A stretch of DNA of 63,342 bases, filler included, from Octopus bimaculoides (Eukaryota): the NCBI RefSeq assembly GCF_001194135.2. It is 6 parts of 5 records of this genome, joined end to end, with 100 filler letters (N's around TTAATTAATTAA, not from the genome) between each part and the next. Parts side by side here need not be neighbours in the genome. Positions count along the whole stretch, not along the records: positions 1 to 22,058 come from NC_068983.1; 5 more parts are not named here. One strand, given 5' to 3'. Under the pieces are notes generated by a model. That model saw nothing but the letters and a program-made list of their open reading frames with translations. It did no database searches and had not been told where the DNA came from. A program made the position numbers and the translations under genes. Below, piece by piece: positions 1-11,475 of the stretch. Numbering within the stretch: the stretch's first letter is position 1; every line of letters begins with the position of its first letter.

Positions 1-17
1 TATTAAATATGCTGAAC

Positions 18-79
18 TGCCGTGACCAGAATTCGAACCTGGATTACCACGTGTGGTCCTAACCACTAGACGGCCACAC
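18..79 (-). pseudogene. tRNA-His(GTG)-derived pseudogene lacking the anticodon loop
   Basis: Reverse complement reads GTGGCCGTCTAGTGGTTAGGACCACAC-GTGGTAATCCAGGTTCGAATTCTGGTCACGGCA. This matches metazoan tRNA-His as I recall it (D arm CGTCTAGTGGTTAGGACC, T arm and 3' end CCAGGTTCGAATCCTGGTCACGGCA), with about 9 nt containing the anticodon missing. Confidence 0.8.
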
Positions 80-164
80 ACACACACACACACACACACT
101 CACATACACGCACACACATATTTTGTTGTGTCCGGGGATAGTCATTATACCAATATGGCAAACC

Positions 165-553
165 ATTGGCGTGGCTGTGAGGCGGAATCTTGCTTCCCAA
201 CAAATGATTCAGGGTTCAGTTCCACTGCGTGGCACCTTGGGCAACTGTCTTCTACTATAGCCTCGTGCCGACCAAAGCCTTGTGAGTGGATTTGATTGGC
301 GAAAACTGAAAGAAGCCTGTTGTATATATGCATATATATATGTGTATATGTCTTTCTTTGTCCCACTCCCAACCGTTTGACAACCAGTGATGGTATGTTT
401 ACGTCCCCGTAACTTAGCGGTTCGGCAAAAGTGATCGATAGAATAAGTACCAGGCTTTGAAAATAAGCGCTGGAGTCGATTCATTCGACTCAAAATTCTT
501 CAGGGCGTTGCCCCAGCATGGCCGCAGTCTAATAACTGAAACAAGTAAAAGAT
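165..553 (+). mobile_element. tRNA-derived SINE family A (CORE-like, bipartite, internal microsatellite)
   Basis: Head with A/B-box-like TGGCTGTG..GGTTCAGTTCC; CORE-like GGCACCTTGGGCAA; internal (TA)/(TG) tract at about 322-350; right half ending GCATGGCCGCAGTC..ACTGAAACAAGTAAAAGA. More than 15 copies or halves occur in the window. Confidence 0.85.
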
Positions 554-867
554 AATTGTATGTATATATAACCCTTACAGGTTCGATAAAATAAGGTACC
601 AATCAAAGGCAAGTAGTATGGGATCGGACAACCCCCTACTCACACAACTGCTGGCTTTATATCTAAATTGAAAATATGTGTGTGTGTGTAAAAGTATATA
701 CATATATGTATGTATGTATGTATGTATGTAATGTGTATGTGTGTATGTGCATATATGTTTGTGTAGGCATACACATCAAGCGTTGCTTCAGCATGGCCGC
801 ATTCTTTTACCTGAAACCAATAAAAGAAAGTGTATTACCACACATTTATACATATACTTACAGGTTA

Positions 868-932
868 TAATTATTATTATTATTATTATTATTATCATTG
901 CTGTTGTTATTATTATCATTATTATTATTATT
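868..932. repeat. (ATT)n microsatellite
   Basis: Direct sequence; explains the poly-Ile ORF. Confidence 0.95.
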
Positions 933-1442
933 ACACATTGGAATTTAATAAGGCTTAAACTAAACTAGTGAAATAACCACAACCCATTTAGTGATCAATA
1001 AATACGTATAAGAGAGAAATTATCTAAAAACAAAACTCGTGTGAGATTAAAGGGGAGCATAATTGAAATTATTACACCTGAGTTAATTTTTCTTTATACA
1101 TTCTGACAGTCTCTCTCTGTCCCTTTCCCTTTCTATCTTCGTCTCTCTTCCTCTCCTCTTCTCCTTTTCTATGTCAACACCTCTCGATCTCTTCTAGTCA
1201 AACATTACGTATCGCTCTCCCCTCCTCCCTCTTTATCTCGCTCTTTCTAGTTGTTCTTCTTCTCTCTCTCTCACTCTTTCTAGTTCTTTTCTCATTCAAA
1301 CTAACACACCAGCTGTCTTCATAATACTCGAGTGCCTCTCTCTCTGTCTGTCTCTCTCTCTCACCGACTCACTCTTTCCTATCCTCTAAAACGTCCGTCT
1401 CTAGCTATCGCTAATTTTTACTTCTGCTGCTGCTGCAGTTAT

Positions 1443-1474
<32 letters not shown>

Positions 1475-2496
1475 TCAACTCCTTTTCATTCTCTTCTCTG
1501 TCCGCATTTTTATTCTTCTACTTCCTCCCATGTTTACCTCCTACCTTCTTACATCGTCTATATCCTCTCTTTTTATTTTATTCCAATCTCTTCTCTCCTT
1601 TCACTCTCCAGTTCTTCCTCACCTTTCTCCAGCCTCGTTTTCAATTCATGGACTCTTCGCTTCATCTCCCCTTCCTTCTCCTCTTCATCATCTCCATACT
1701 TTCCCAGGCTCCCTTCTGTCCAAATCCTTTACCCTCTGCGCTGTTCACCTTCACCTTCACCATTTCAACACCAGCCATTATAATTTCCCTTCTTGGTGTC
1801 GTCTGCATCAGTGAATTGACTGTACATACAACTGATTAAATAACTTAATCAACATTTTTTCACTAATTTACTCTTCATTTATTCCATCCTTTCTCTTTCA
1901 TCAACTTTGCTCCTGACTCATTATTCTTTCTTCATTTTCTCTCTCAATAGTTATATCTTTTCCTTCTTTACCTTTATGGGGTTTTTTCACTTCCTTTCTT
2001 TCTGGTTTTCCACCACTCCCTTTTCTCACTTTTAAAATACATCCATAAATGAGAAATAATAAATAGTAGTAAAGATATTATCGTTTATTTTCGGTTTTAT
2101 ATGGGTTTTTTAAAAATTATTTATACATATTTTTCAGTCTTTCAAATTTCCATAATAAAATTTATTTCATATTGGTTCCATCTAGAATTTTTACTTTGAG
2201 AAAATTTGCAAGTCAGCCACCCATTTATTTATTTACTTTATTTCTTTATTTATGTGAAATATATGAATGTAACAAGCTGGGATGGAATGGGTTAGCGTAA
2301 ACTCTATACATCGGTTTATATAAAATGTGAGTACTTAAGACATTTACGTAGTTATTCATCGTACATGTGTGTTTACATTCCAGCAGCTTTCACGTTGACA
2401 TGTATACTTGTAGTGCGAGCACATTTAATCCATACATGCCTTTATTTGAAATGTGTACAATTTGCACAATATAATTTGCATATTCTTCATATCGAG

Positions 2497-2720
2497 TCAA
2501 CTAGGGGTTGCTATGCAAGTGGTCGACCTACTGGAAATAGCAACCAAATCTCCCTAAAATCATACCTACTGTCCGGGCGTGGATAGAGTCGTTCGATAGT
2601 ATGGTTTAGTTACACCATACTCTCGAAGAGATGGCGTGATCAAGTCTTGAATGCTTTTGAACATGGGTCTGCTCGTTTAGCACGAACGCTTAAAAAAACT
2701 CAACAATAACAGCAAGGTGG
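2497..2720 (+). mobile_element. Dispersed repeat family X (unclassified, probably a SINE/LINE tail)
   Basis: Motif GACC(T/A)..(T/G)AGA(A/T)ATAGCAGCCAAAT.TCCCT recurs at about 12000-12165, 13250-13330, 25520-25720 and 25930-26030, and a related piece is inverted at about 26235-26330. Confidence 0.55.
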
Positions 2721-2734
2721 AAAATTAGCAGTCG

Positions 2735-2945
2735 TTAAATGATTGGATAGAGTACCTCAAGATATTTGTTCCGATTCTCTACGCTTTGAGTTTAAATCCC
2801 GCCGAAGTCAGCTTTACCTTTTATTCTTTGAACGGGAACACGATACCAATTCAGGGCGGTGAATTAGTAGAAGTGTAAGGAAGCTGGACTGGATGCATTG
2901 AGGTATTTGTTCAGAATCTTTGCAGACTGAGTTCAAATCCGTCGT
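2735..2945 (+). mobile_element. Two degenerate SINE family B heads
   Basis: B-box-like GAGTT(T/C)AAATCC followed by the GCCGAAGTC..CTTT family B body. Confidence 0.6.
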
Positions 2946-2952
2946 GGCTTAC

Positions 2953-3021
2953 TTGGGCGATTGACTTAATCTGTCACACGGCTGTTTAACCCAGTGACAG
3001 ACTAAGTCGATCACTGCCTAA
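2953..3021. ncRNA. Candidate pre-miRNA hairpin
   Basis: 19-nt arms 2959-2977 and 2994-3012 pair with one mismatch and one G:U. A basal helix TTGGGC/GCCTAA lies beyond a 3-nt bulge, and TG sits at -14/-13. No expression evidence. Confidence 0.4.
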
Positions 3022-3991
3022 TACATTGTTTGGCTTTAAAGGTATCCAGTCTGCTGCAAGCATTCGACTCAGGTCTCTGGTTTGAGAGCACTTTCCTACC
3101 TCTCACTAATCTCGGTGGCCCCGCGAAGGATCATAGACAGTCTTCTCTCCCAACTAAAATGATTTTTAAAAGTTGTTGGGTTGTATGTATGCACACGAGA
3201 CTGACACAATTATTGATAGCATGGAATCTGAGAAACCAAAGTTTAAATGTATTCTACATGTGTATAATATTTGATCCGACCATTTCGCCTCCTAAATTGT
3301 GGGAGAATTTGTGAAATTGCTGCGTTATTTTTATTTTTACGCTACAAGCAGCATAACAAATGCATTCCTGACACAGTAATATAGGCCTTAAATACTTCCG
3401 CTCAATAAGGTATATTTTTCTTCCATTTTTTCCCATGACTCAACTGTTGAAAATAAAATAAAACTCCAGTTATTGATATATTGAAAGTTTTATGTTTGTT
3501 AATAACTGAGTTTTCTCTTAAATGAAAAAAAGAAAACAGCTTTGTTGACTCATTTTATGAACAGAAATGATGGATTTCGCGAATCATAATTGAGCTTTGA
3601 TAAGTACTCGAAGGGTGACAGCATTTTTTCAGCGTAGTCAGAGTATATAAACATATAAAGGCTTGCATACATTTGCGCGTATATTCAGTAGATATATATC
3701 AAGAAATATTTTCTACAATTAAAAGCGGGTTGTCGCAAATCTTGTGGAAGGGGTCTCGTTTTATGTTAAGCATTTTTCACTATTTTCATTTTTTCAAAAA
3801 ACACTTGCTAAAAAGTAATCCGTATAGTATTCTTCTTATGCCTTTCACAGTTGATTATTTTGTTCCCCTTTATTTAAAAATATGAAACATTTTGTATTTT
3901 ATGCCTGTCCAAAAATCTAGATGTACACTGCTTGCAACATTTGATTTTTTGCTTAGATGCCCTTACCCAATCTTTTAATTTTGAACTTGTT

Positions 3992-4019
3992 TGGTCCCTA
4001 AAATTTTTATTACAGTGTA
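3992..4019. mobile_element. Possible solo Tc1/mariner terminal inverted repeat
   Basis: Ends ...TGGTCCCTAAAATTTTTATTACAGTGTA, a Tc1-like (TA)CACTG terminus; no partner TIR found. Confidence 0.3.
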
Positions 4020-4189
4020 GGCTTGTGATGCAGCAAATGGATTCTTTTTTTTGTTGTTTTTTTTTTTTTTGGATGGTGGGTGCAATCCAGATTTGTATTA
4101 AACTTCAATTCTTTCCCGTTCTTTTTTTTTTGTGTGTGTGTGTNNNNNNNNNNNNNNNNNNNNNNNNNNNNNNNNNNNNNNNNNNNNNN

Positions 4190-5260
4190 GGGGATAGCAA
4201 CGCAGGTTTCCACATTTTGTTTTTTGCATATTCTTCTGATGTGAATTTCGCCTTATTAAGAGTATTTTAAAATTTGGTAGTTGCATTGGGCTGTTAATAA
4301 TTTGTGACTTTTTTTCAAGTTTTTATACTTAGTACAAAATTGAAAGGTATCATTTGGCTGTGGTTTCAAGAATTATGGGTGACTACAAACTGAATATTTA
4401 TTCTTTTGTCTTTCCCCTTATTGAGGGTTCTTTTGTATGTCAGGGATTGAGATCTCTTTTGCCTTGGATATGGCCTGATTTACTGAATTGTTCCTATATT
4501 TTTATTTCGGAAGGAATAGTTTCGTTTCTCTCGTCTATTTACATCCGTAACTATTGAACACACACGTCTCCTCATATTAAATTGAACATTTCTTTTGATG
4601 TGGGATGGATGTCAAAATCTAAGATATAACTATTGGTGCGCCGTGTCCTTGGTAAAAGATTAGTTGTAACAATCTTATTTTCCTTAATTACCTAAAATGT
4701 CCCAAAAAGGAAGTTCCGTTTCATTCATTTCCAAAGTGAATTGGATCGATACATGAATGCTATTTATTAATTTTAGTCTCTCACTTCTATTCCAAAATAT
4801 GAAGCAGTCATCCAGGAATCTTTTAAATAGGATTGAAGTGCTGTTCAAAAGTAATCCCAGATCGGATATAGGCATTTTCTTTAAGGAATCCCATCGCTAG
4901 TGTTCCATAAGTGGGTGTAACTATTGTACCTTTTGTCGCCCCAATACTATTGGCTATCAAAGAGATATTTGTTTTCTGGTACCAATTGTAATCCTAGCAT
5001 AAATTCTTGTGGGAGTCTCTTCTGAATTTTGTGTAGCTATTTATCTTACCAGAAGATGACTGTTTCCTATCCTAACCCATAGGGAATATATTTTTGAGGC
5101 TTGTCATATCTAAATATCTAGGATCGTCTTTATATTTACTCTTTCTGAAAGGTGGTTGAGGAAATCCATGTTATCTCTGATGAAACTAAAAACAAATTTG
5201 CATAATGGTTTCAGAATTATATCTAGTAAATTGTTTGATCGTCAGATGCATACCATCGTA
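4190..5260 (-). mobile_element. Penelope-like element 1, degraded reverse transcriptase and thumb
   Basis: Minus-strand frames give LSNLLDIILKPLCKFVFSFIRDNMDFL, GTIVTPTYGTLAMG, FKRFLDDCFIFW..LINSIHVSIQFTLE..LPFWDI, HPHHIKRNVQFNMRRRVCSI and QLPNFKILLIR..KCGNLRC. These are PLE RT motifs, with many stops and frameshifts. Confidence 0.9.
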
Positions 5261-5639
5261 AGTTACATTAAATTTCGTAAGGACTCTAATCTTTTCCAGG
5301 TTAAACTTAAAAACTTTAAGTTTGTTGTTGTTGTCGCTTTCATATAACTTACAACTTATACGAAGTTAGGAGTGATAAATACATGTTGCTGCATGATAAT
5401 ATCTCTAGTAAATACAAGGTGAATACTAATAAATATAACGGCATAATGATGAGGTTAAACAGGCAAAATATAATAAACAGGCAAAAAATAGGGTTAGAAT
5501 GTTCAGTTTTAAAAAATCCTTTATAACATTAAAGGATCACAAACCCAACCTTGCAAACAAGCCCACCTGTAGAGTTAGAAACTCAGCAAGGACAAGGTTA
5601 GGCTTAGTAGCCAATAATATTTTATGATATTGGTTTCAA

Positions 5640-5990
5640 AGTTTGGTCCTAAGCCAGAAATTTTAGTGGGTAGGGACTAGGTACTTATTTCATCCACCCC
5701 GAAACGACGAAAGGCAAAGCCGCCCTCAGCGGAATTTGATCTCAGAACGTAAAACGTCGCTAAGCATTTTCTACGGCATGTTAACGATTCTGCCAGCTAA
5801 CCATTTGAAGAATGTTTTAGAATATTGGTTTCAAATTTCGGGGAAGGGAGTCAAGTCGCTAACACCTACCATGGTGTTCAACTGGTTCTTGTTTTATCGA
5901 CCCCGGCCTCATTTGAATTCAGAACGTAAGGACGGATGAAATACCGCAAAGCATTTTGCCCGGCGTGTTAACCATTCTGTCAGCTCTTTG
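5640..5990 (-). mobile_element. Two tandem SINE family B copies
   Basis: Each has the reverse complement of GCTGGCAGAA..GTTA..ACGCC..AAATGCTT..GTTCTGA.TTCAAAT. Confidence 0.8.
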
Positions 5991-6119
5991 TCTTTAAACT
6001 GTTTTGAAATATGAATAACAGAATTAGACCATAGAACTGAATGAATAAGCACATAGCAGCCCTGTCATAGGCTAATTTAAGAACAAAGTGGATAAGTCTA
6101 AGTCGAGAGCAAAATTCAC

Positions 6120-7360
6120 GAAGTCTTACATCATAGATTTTGACACACTCGATATGAAGACTCTTGCCAGATAAAACAATCGTTAACTAGAAAATATTTC
6201 GCCACTGACTAGACAAAAATTCAGTTAATCATGCAGCTTATGTCAAGAAATCAGAACCAGACAAAACTGTTTGATAAATTAATGGGTTCATATAACAGTT
6301 CTGACTCATGAGATCGTGTAGAACATTTTAGATAAAATATCCTTAAAAGGAGGTCTCCTCCTGTTGTATTGGTTTGTACCCAGATGCTGGAATGGTCATA
6401 TATTAGATGCCTTTAGAAAAAAACACCTCAAATCCACCTTCAGCAGTATAGCTCTCAAAACCACAGTAGCTACAAACTTCACTTCTTAGATGCTTCCCTG
6501 GACCTAGACTTAAACTTACAATCTCTACCATAAACTAAATTTAAAAACTTAGGTATATACACAAATAGTTTTGCCACATCTATCGCTTTTAAAACTCTTA
6601 TAGCTATCATTAATAATAAGGTCACTAACCTCTTTCCCGCTAAAGAAATTTTCAATAAGTCAGCCCCATAATATAATAGCGCCCTAGCTGACAGTGGCTT
6701 TAAGTAGAAGTTATCATACACTTCAACCCCAAAAAGAACCAAGCCTAGAAACAGGATTTTTTTTTCTTGAATGTTAGGATTAATATGGGCAAAATTTCCT
6801 AACCCTGATAGATAAACATTTCCCCGATAGCCATCTGTATAAGAAAATCTACGCACGTTCTGTGAGAGCTTTCTACAACTGTGGCCCCCAAACAAAAAAC
6901 ATTTCAGTAGGCCAACCAAGATACCAATTCCAGACTGAAACTGAAGGAACCCATATACTTACCTACTAGACCATGTATGCATGTTTAGCGCAGTCGTTCA
7001 CAAAGCTGAGATCACGCCCTTCCCTCCAAATAAGAGATCTGAAACAAAAAGTACACTGGACTGTGTGAAAGTGAATTCAAAAATATACACACCACCCATC
7101 AGTCTTCCTTCAAGCACGTAGACAAAAAGAAAAGCATATAGCTAGAAAGTCATACTTGGAACCTAAATGATGGCAGTATACTACACACCATCAAGTGGAG
7201 CATCGCAGGAAGATCTAGACAAATCATTAAAGAGTCAAAAAGTGTAGGCTCAATATAGCTGAACGACTACACATCCTTATTAGATCGATGAAATGCACCG
7301 ACCTTCTAAACTCGAGGTGAGAAATTTTAATAACATGTACACATCTCGAAAAGAGTGTTA
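6120..7360 (+). mobile_element. Penelope-like element 2, degraded RT C-terminus plus GIY-YIG endonuclease
   Basis: FLDASLDL, KEIFNKSAP*YNSALADSGF, INMG.KFLTLIDKHFPDSHLYKKI, VVHKAEI..YTGLCESEFK..THQSSFKH, WNLND...IKWSI, CRLNIAERLHI..LLNSR*EI...CTH. This is a different PLE lineage from element 1. Confidence 0.9.
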
Positions 7361-7714
7361 TCGAAATAGAAAACACCCATCCCTCAGCGTATTTGACATT
7401 TAAACGCACTTTATCCTTCTTCCTACAAGAGTACTCACACTAGGCATAGTTATTTTTTAATGTAAACACTCAACATTAACAATATTCTTCGTTAAAAAGA
7501 TAAAGGGACATTACCAAGATTCCATGCTTGAATTATCCACCTTTCTCATAAAAGGTTTCTCAACGTTATGTGAGCCTAAACGATTGCTGAATCGTGCACA
7601 ATACCCTATGTCCTCCCGATTACTGTTGTATCTGAGCATGTAATTTGAAGGAGTACCCGCATAACTCCAATATTCATTTTATGACATTTATCTTTTACTA
7701 GACTGAGTGGTTTT

Positions 7715-7920
7715 TGTTGATCCTAGCAACAATTATGGTTAATCCACTGTACTCCGCAAGGAGCATAGAGCTGGTTTCCCGGTTTCTCTGGCGAATATAT
7801 TCCTCCTTGGACGAGACGCCGGTTCGTCGCAGGATTACTCATTTTTACTAGCTGAGTGGACTGAGGCGACGGGAAATGAAATGTTTTGCTCAAGAACACA
7901 ATACATTGCCTAGTCCAGTA
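7715..7920 (-). mobile_element. tRNA-derived SINE with a Meta-like central domain
   Basis: Minus strand TGTGTTCTTGAGCAAAACA..AGTCCACTCAGCT..CCTGCGACGAACCGGCGTCTCGTCCA..GAAACCGGGA. The MetaSINE resemblance is from memory. A related copy lies at about 9455-9650. Confidence 0.55.
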
Positions 7921-8451
7921 CACTATATATGTTTACAGTCCTCGGAAGAATGAAAACCAAAAGTTAACCTCAACCAATCTTGAACTCAGAACATAAAGAG
8001 CAGGAACAAATATTGCAACGCATTTTTCTCAACGCTTCAATGAATCTGCCTATCTTCTTCCATTATTTACCCCAGCATTGAATAATGGATCATTCGAATG
8101 AAACAAACCAGTTGGTTGAGCTAGCAAGATTGTTACAGCGTTGGTTATAGTAACTTGCGGTATTTAGTTTTATACTCCTGAATTCAGTTCCTTCTGCAAT
8201 CAACTTCGCACTTCATCCTGCCAAGATCAATAAAAAAAAGAACCTGCCTATCGAATAAATCAACTGCATTTATTACCTAAAACCTTATGTTAGAAATCCT
8301 TATTAAGTCACAGGTTATCGCAGGTTACCTTTATCTTAACGTGAATAAAGGATTAAAATATATAATCACTTCTAATTCTTTAATGATTTGATTATGATTA
8401 ACAATGTCCTTCGCTACATCCCTATGAGCTGTTTCTTAATGCCCTGTACCT

Positions 8452-8455
8452 GACA

Positions 8456-8511
<56 letters not shown>

Positions 8512-9062
8512 CAGAGAGAGAAAGAGAGGAGCGGGAGGGCGAGTGAGAAGTCGAATGTAAGTAAGAAGCATGAGACAGTAACACAGTTTGATCGATTGGG
8601 CTATCGGCACACACATACACACACATAGAAATAGATAGATAGGGACAGAGAGGGGAAAGCGAGAGGAATGAAGATAAAAGTTAGATAAAAGATCGCCATA
8701 AAGTAGTGTCATAGATGTGTGTGTGTGTGTGTGTGTATGTGTGAGAGAGAGTGGGGGAGAGAGAGAGAGAGAGGGGGGAGAGAGAGAGANNNNNNNNNNN
8801 NNNNNNNNNNNNNNNNNNNNNNNNNNNNNNAGAGAGAGGGGGAGGGAGTGAGAGAGAGGGAGAGAGAGAGAGTGAGAGAGAGAGGGAGATAGAGAGAGAG
8901 AGAGGGAGGGAGATAGAGAGACAGAGACAGAGACAGAGATGTGTGGGCGGGTGTGTGTGTGTGTGTGTGTATGTATGGCTATGCGTGTATGTATGTCAGT
9001 ATGAGAATGTGCGCGTACATGTGAAATAGCTGCAGATAGATAGATAGATAGATAGATAGAGA
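8452..9062. repeat. Compound (CA)n/(GA)n/(GT)n/(AGAT)n microsatellite cluster
   Basis: Direct sequence; includes an N gap. Confidence 0.95.
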
Positions 9063-9654
9063 GTGGGGGAGAGGCATGTAGATAGGTAAGGACGGAAGCA
9101 AGTAAGCAGCTAGCGTACTGAAATCTGTAAATGGGACAAGCAACAAACGTTAGGAGTTGATAAGACACGTAGTTTGATCCAATGTATCCTTATGGACAGA
9201 AATGGTTGCCATCAAGAGCAATAATTCCTCTGAGTAGCCAGGTATATCCAAATAAAGGGTAATGTTTGTGATAATTTTCCGTTTGCCATAAAAGATACCA
9301 AACTAATTGCTCCAAATACATGTGTGCATAAAGGTGCAGATATTCACTTACTCATGTATGTAAACATGCATACATCATGTCTACATACACACATTATACA
9401 TACATACATATATACAAACATATATCATACATACATCATGCATATATATACATATCATGTGATCATGTGATCGATCAGACTACCGGATGTCGTTATACAC
9501 CGCTGGTCATAATGCGCGCGCTTTGCGTCGTTTTAGCTTTCAAATGATGCTACTCCGCTGGCGAGGCGTGCAGGCCAGTGTTACCCCTTATTCGGAAGCC
9601 TAGTCCGTCGCAAGGTTACCCATTCACAGGTGAGTGGACTGGCATCTCATACCA

Positions 9655-9870
9655 GTAAAGATGGTCAGGGATTTGTACGCATCTTTTCCCAGGTGCATTG
9701 ACGCAATTATTCAAGCTAAGGGAAGCCACACGAGATATTAACAATGTACAGTAACTTCTTGAAATGAACATTATGTAATAAATTTTTATTATAGACATTT
9801 TTGTTTTAAAACACTGTTTCTTGATTGGTTTATGGGAGGTGACAGAAAACTTTTGTACAGCCATTTTTCG
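9655..9870 (+). mobile_element. Tc1-family transposase 3' end fragment
   Basis: MVRDLYASFPRCIDAIIQAKGSHTRY* matches the Tc1 C-terminal LV.SMP.R..AVI..KG..TKY motif; TIR-like GGTGACAGAAAACTTTTGTACAG follows. Confidence 0.75.
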
Positions 9871-9949
9871 TGGTCGTCTCGCATCTTGCGCTCTCACTCA
9901 GAATACCTACTACAAAATATGATTATTAGGAATGGAAATGACTCCAACA

Positions 9950-10062
9950 AGGCCAATGTTTCATCTGTAAGAAACACAATGCGAAACATCCACTTACAAG
10001 TTGACAATTAGTAGAAATTTACAATGGTTTAAAGTGGTCACAGACTTTTACACGGTGCTGTA
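9950..10062. mobile_element. Tc1-like right terminus
   Basis: Ends GTGGTCACAGACTTTTACACGGTGCTGTA (CAG terminus plus TA). Confidence 0.5.
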
Positions 10063-10698
10063 TATAGACACAATGATGGTAGCAAACGGAAAGTATTCCA
10101 CACCAGAAGTGGATATTTTTGTTCTCTTCAGGAAAACAGTTTTATATTTCAGCAATTACATTTCGTTTCCTTTTGCTGTATGCTTGTTTGCCGGGTCGTT
10201 TCTGCAGCCTTTGTTGGGAACATTAAAAAAATCGATGCCAGCTTCTCCAACTGTGATATATGCAAGGTGGCAATCGACAGTTTAAACAACAATTACACAA
10301 AGACACCAACAGGGAAGTATAACGTTCCTAGGAAGAGATTGCAGCCTTACAATATCCAAGGAAGATGAAGATGCTCTTTGCTAACATTTTCTGTACCTGA
10401 ACACCTTTTAATCCTATCCTCAGTAGCTTCAGCATAAATACCAGGACAGCATGACAGAAGACATACCATATCATGCACATGAGTAAAAACACCCATTGTG
10501 TTTAACATTACCATGTAAACCAAGCACTGATCTTCATTCATAATGCTGTACAGTCTACGATTGGAAGGGATCTTAAACAGTATTGACTGCCAGCTCCACG
10601 AAACAGGGCTAGCAGTTATGAAAGGAGTTATGAAACGAACCATAGACTTAGAATTTGAGGCTCATGATTGCACTGTATAAAAACTCAGAAGTAACTCT

Positions 10699-10741
<43 letters not shown>

Positions 10742-10785
10742 GCATGTAACTCCTTGTAAATATCTTTCTGGTGTGTTTGTGCATG

Positions 10786-10832
10786 TACAGGGTTGGACAA
10801 AATAATGGAAACACCTAGCATTCATAGCATCA
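10786..10832. mobile_element. Tc1-like left terminus running into a gap
   Basis: TA-CAGGGTTGGACAAAATAATGGAAACACC, a typical Tc1 TIR; the remainder is hidden by Ns. Confidence 0.6.
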
Positions 10833-11475
10833 NNNNNNNNNNNNNNNNNNNNNNNNNNNNNNNNNNNNNNNNNNNNNNNNNNNNNNNNNNNNNNNNNNNN
10901 NNNNNNNNNNNNNNNNNNNNNNNNNNNNNNNNNNNNNNNNNNNNNNNNNNNNNNNNNNNNNNNNNNNNNNNNNNNNNNNNNNNNNNNNNNNNNNNNNNNN
11001 NNNNNNNNNNNNNNNNNNNNNNNNNNNNNNNNNNNNNNNNNNNNNNNNNNNNNNNNNNNNNNNNNNNNNNNNNNNNNNNNNNNNNNNNNNNNNNNNNNNN
11101 NNNNNNNNNNNNNNNNNNNNNNNNNNNNNNNNNNNNNNNNNNNNNNNNNNNNNNNNNNNNNNNNNNNNNNNNNNNNNNNNNNNNNNNNNNNNNNNNNNNN
11201 NNNNNNNNNNNNNNNNNNNNNNNNNNNNNNNNNNNNNNNNNNNNNNNNNNNNNNNNNNNNNNNNNNNNNNNNNNNNNNNNNNNNNNNNNNNNNNNNNNNN
11301 NNNNNNNNNNNNNNNNNNNNNNNNNNNNNNNNNNNNNNNNNNNNNNNNNNNNNNNNNNNNNNNNNNNNNNNNNNNNNNNNNNNNNNNNNNNNNNNNNNNN
11401 NNNNNNNNNNNNNNNNNNNNNNNNNNNNNNNNNNNNNNNNNNNNNNNNNNNNNNTTGGATTTTCTTGTTTTTTTC

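Noticed and set aside
3640-3660. TATA-box-like TATATAAA
   Set aside because: Such motifs are ubiquitous in this AT-rich, TA-repeat-rich DNA, and there is no supporting downstream exon.
10195-10245. Minus-strand IFLMFPTKAAETTR resembling the Hsmar1/SETMAR N-terminus
   Set aside because: The similarity does not extend in either direction and there is no mariner TIR upstream; a short chance match.
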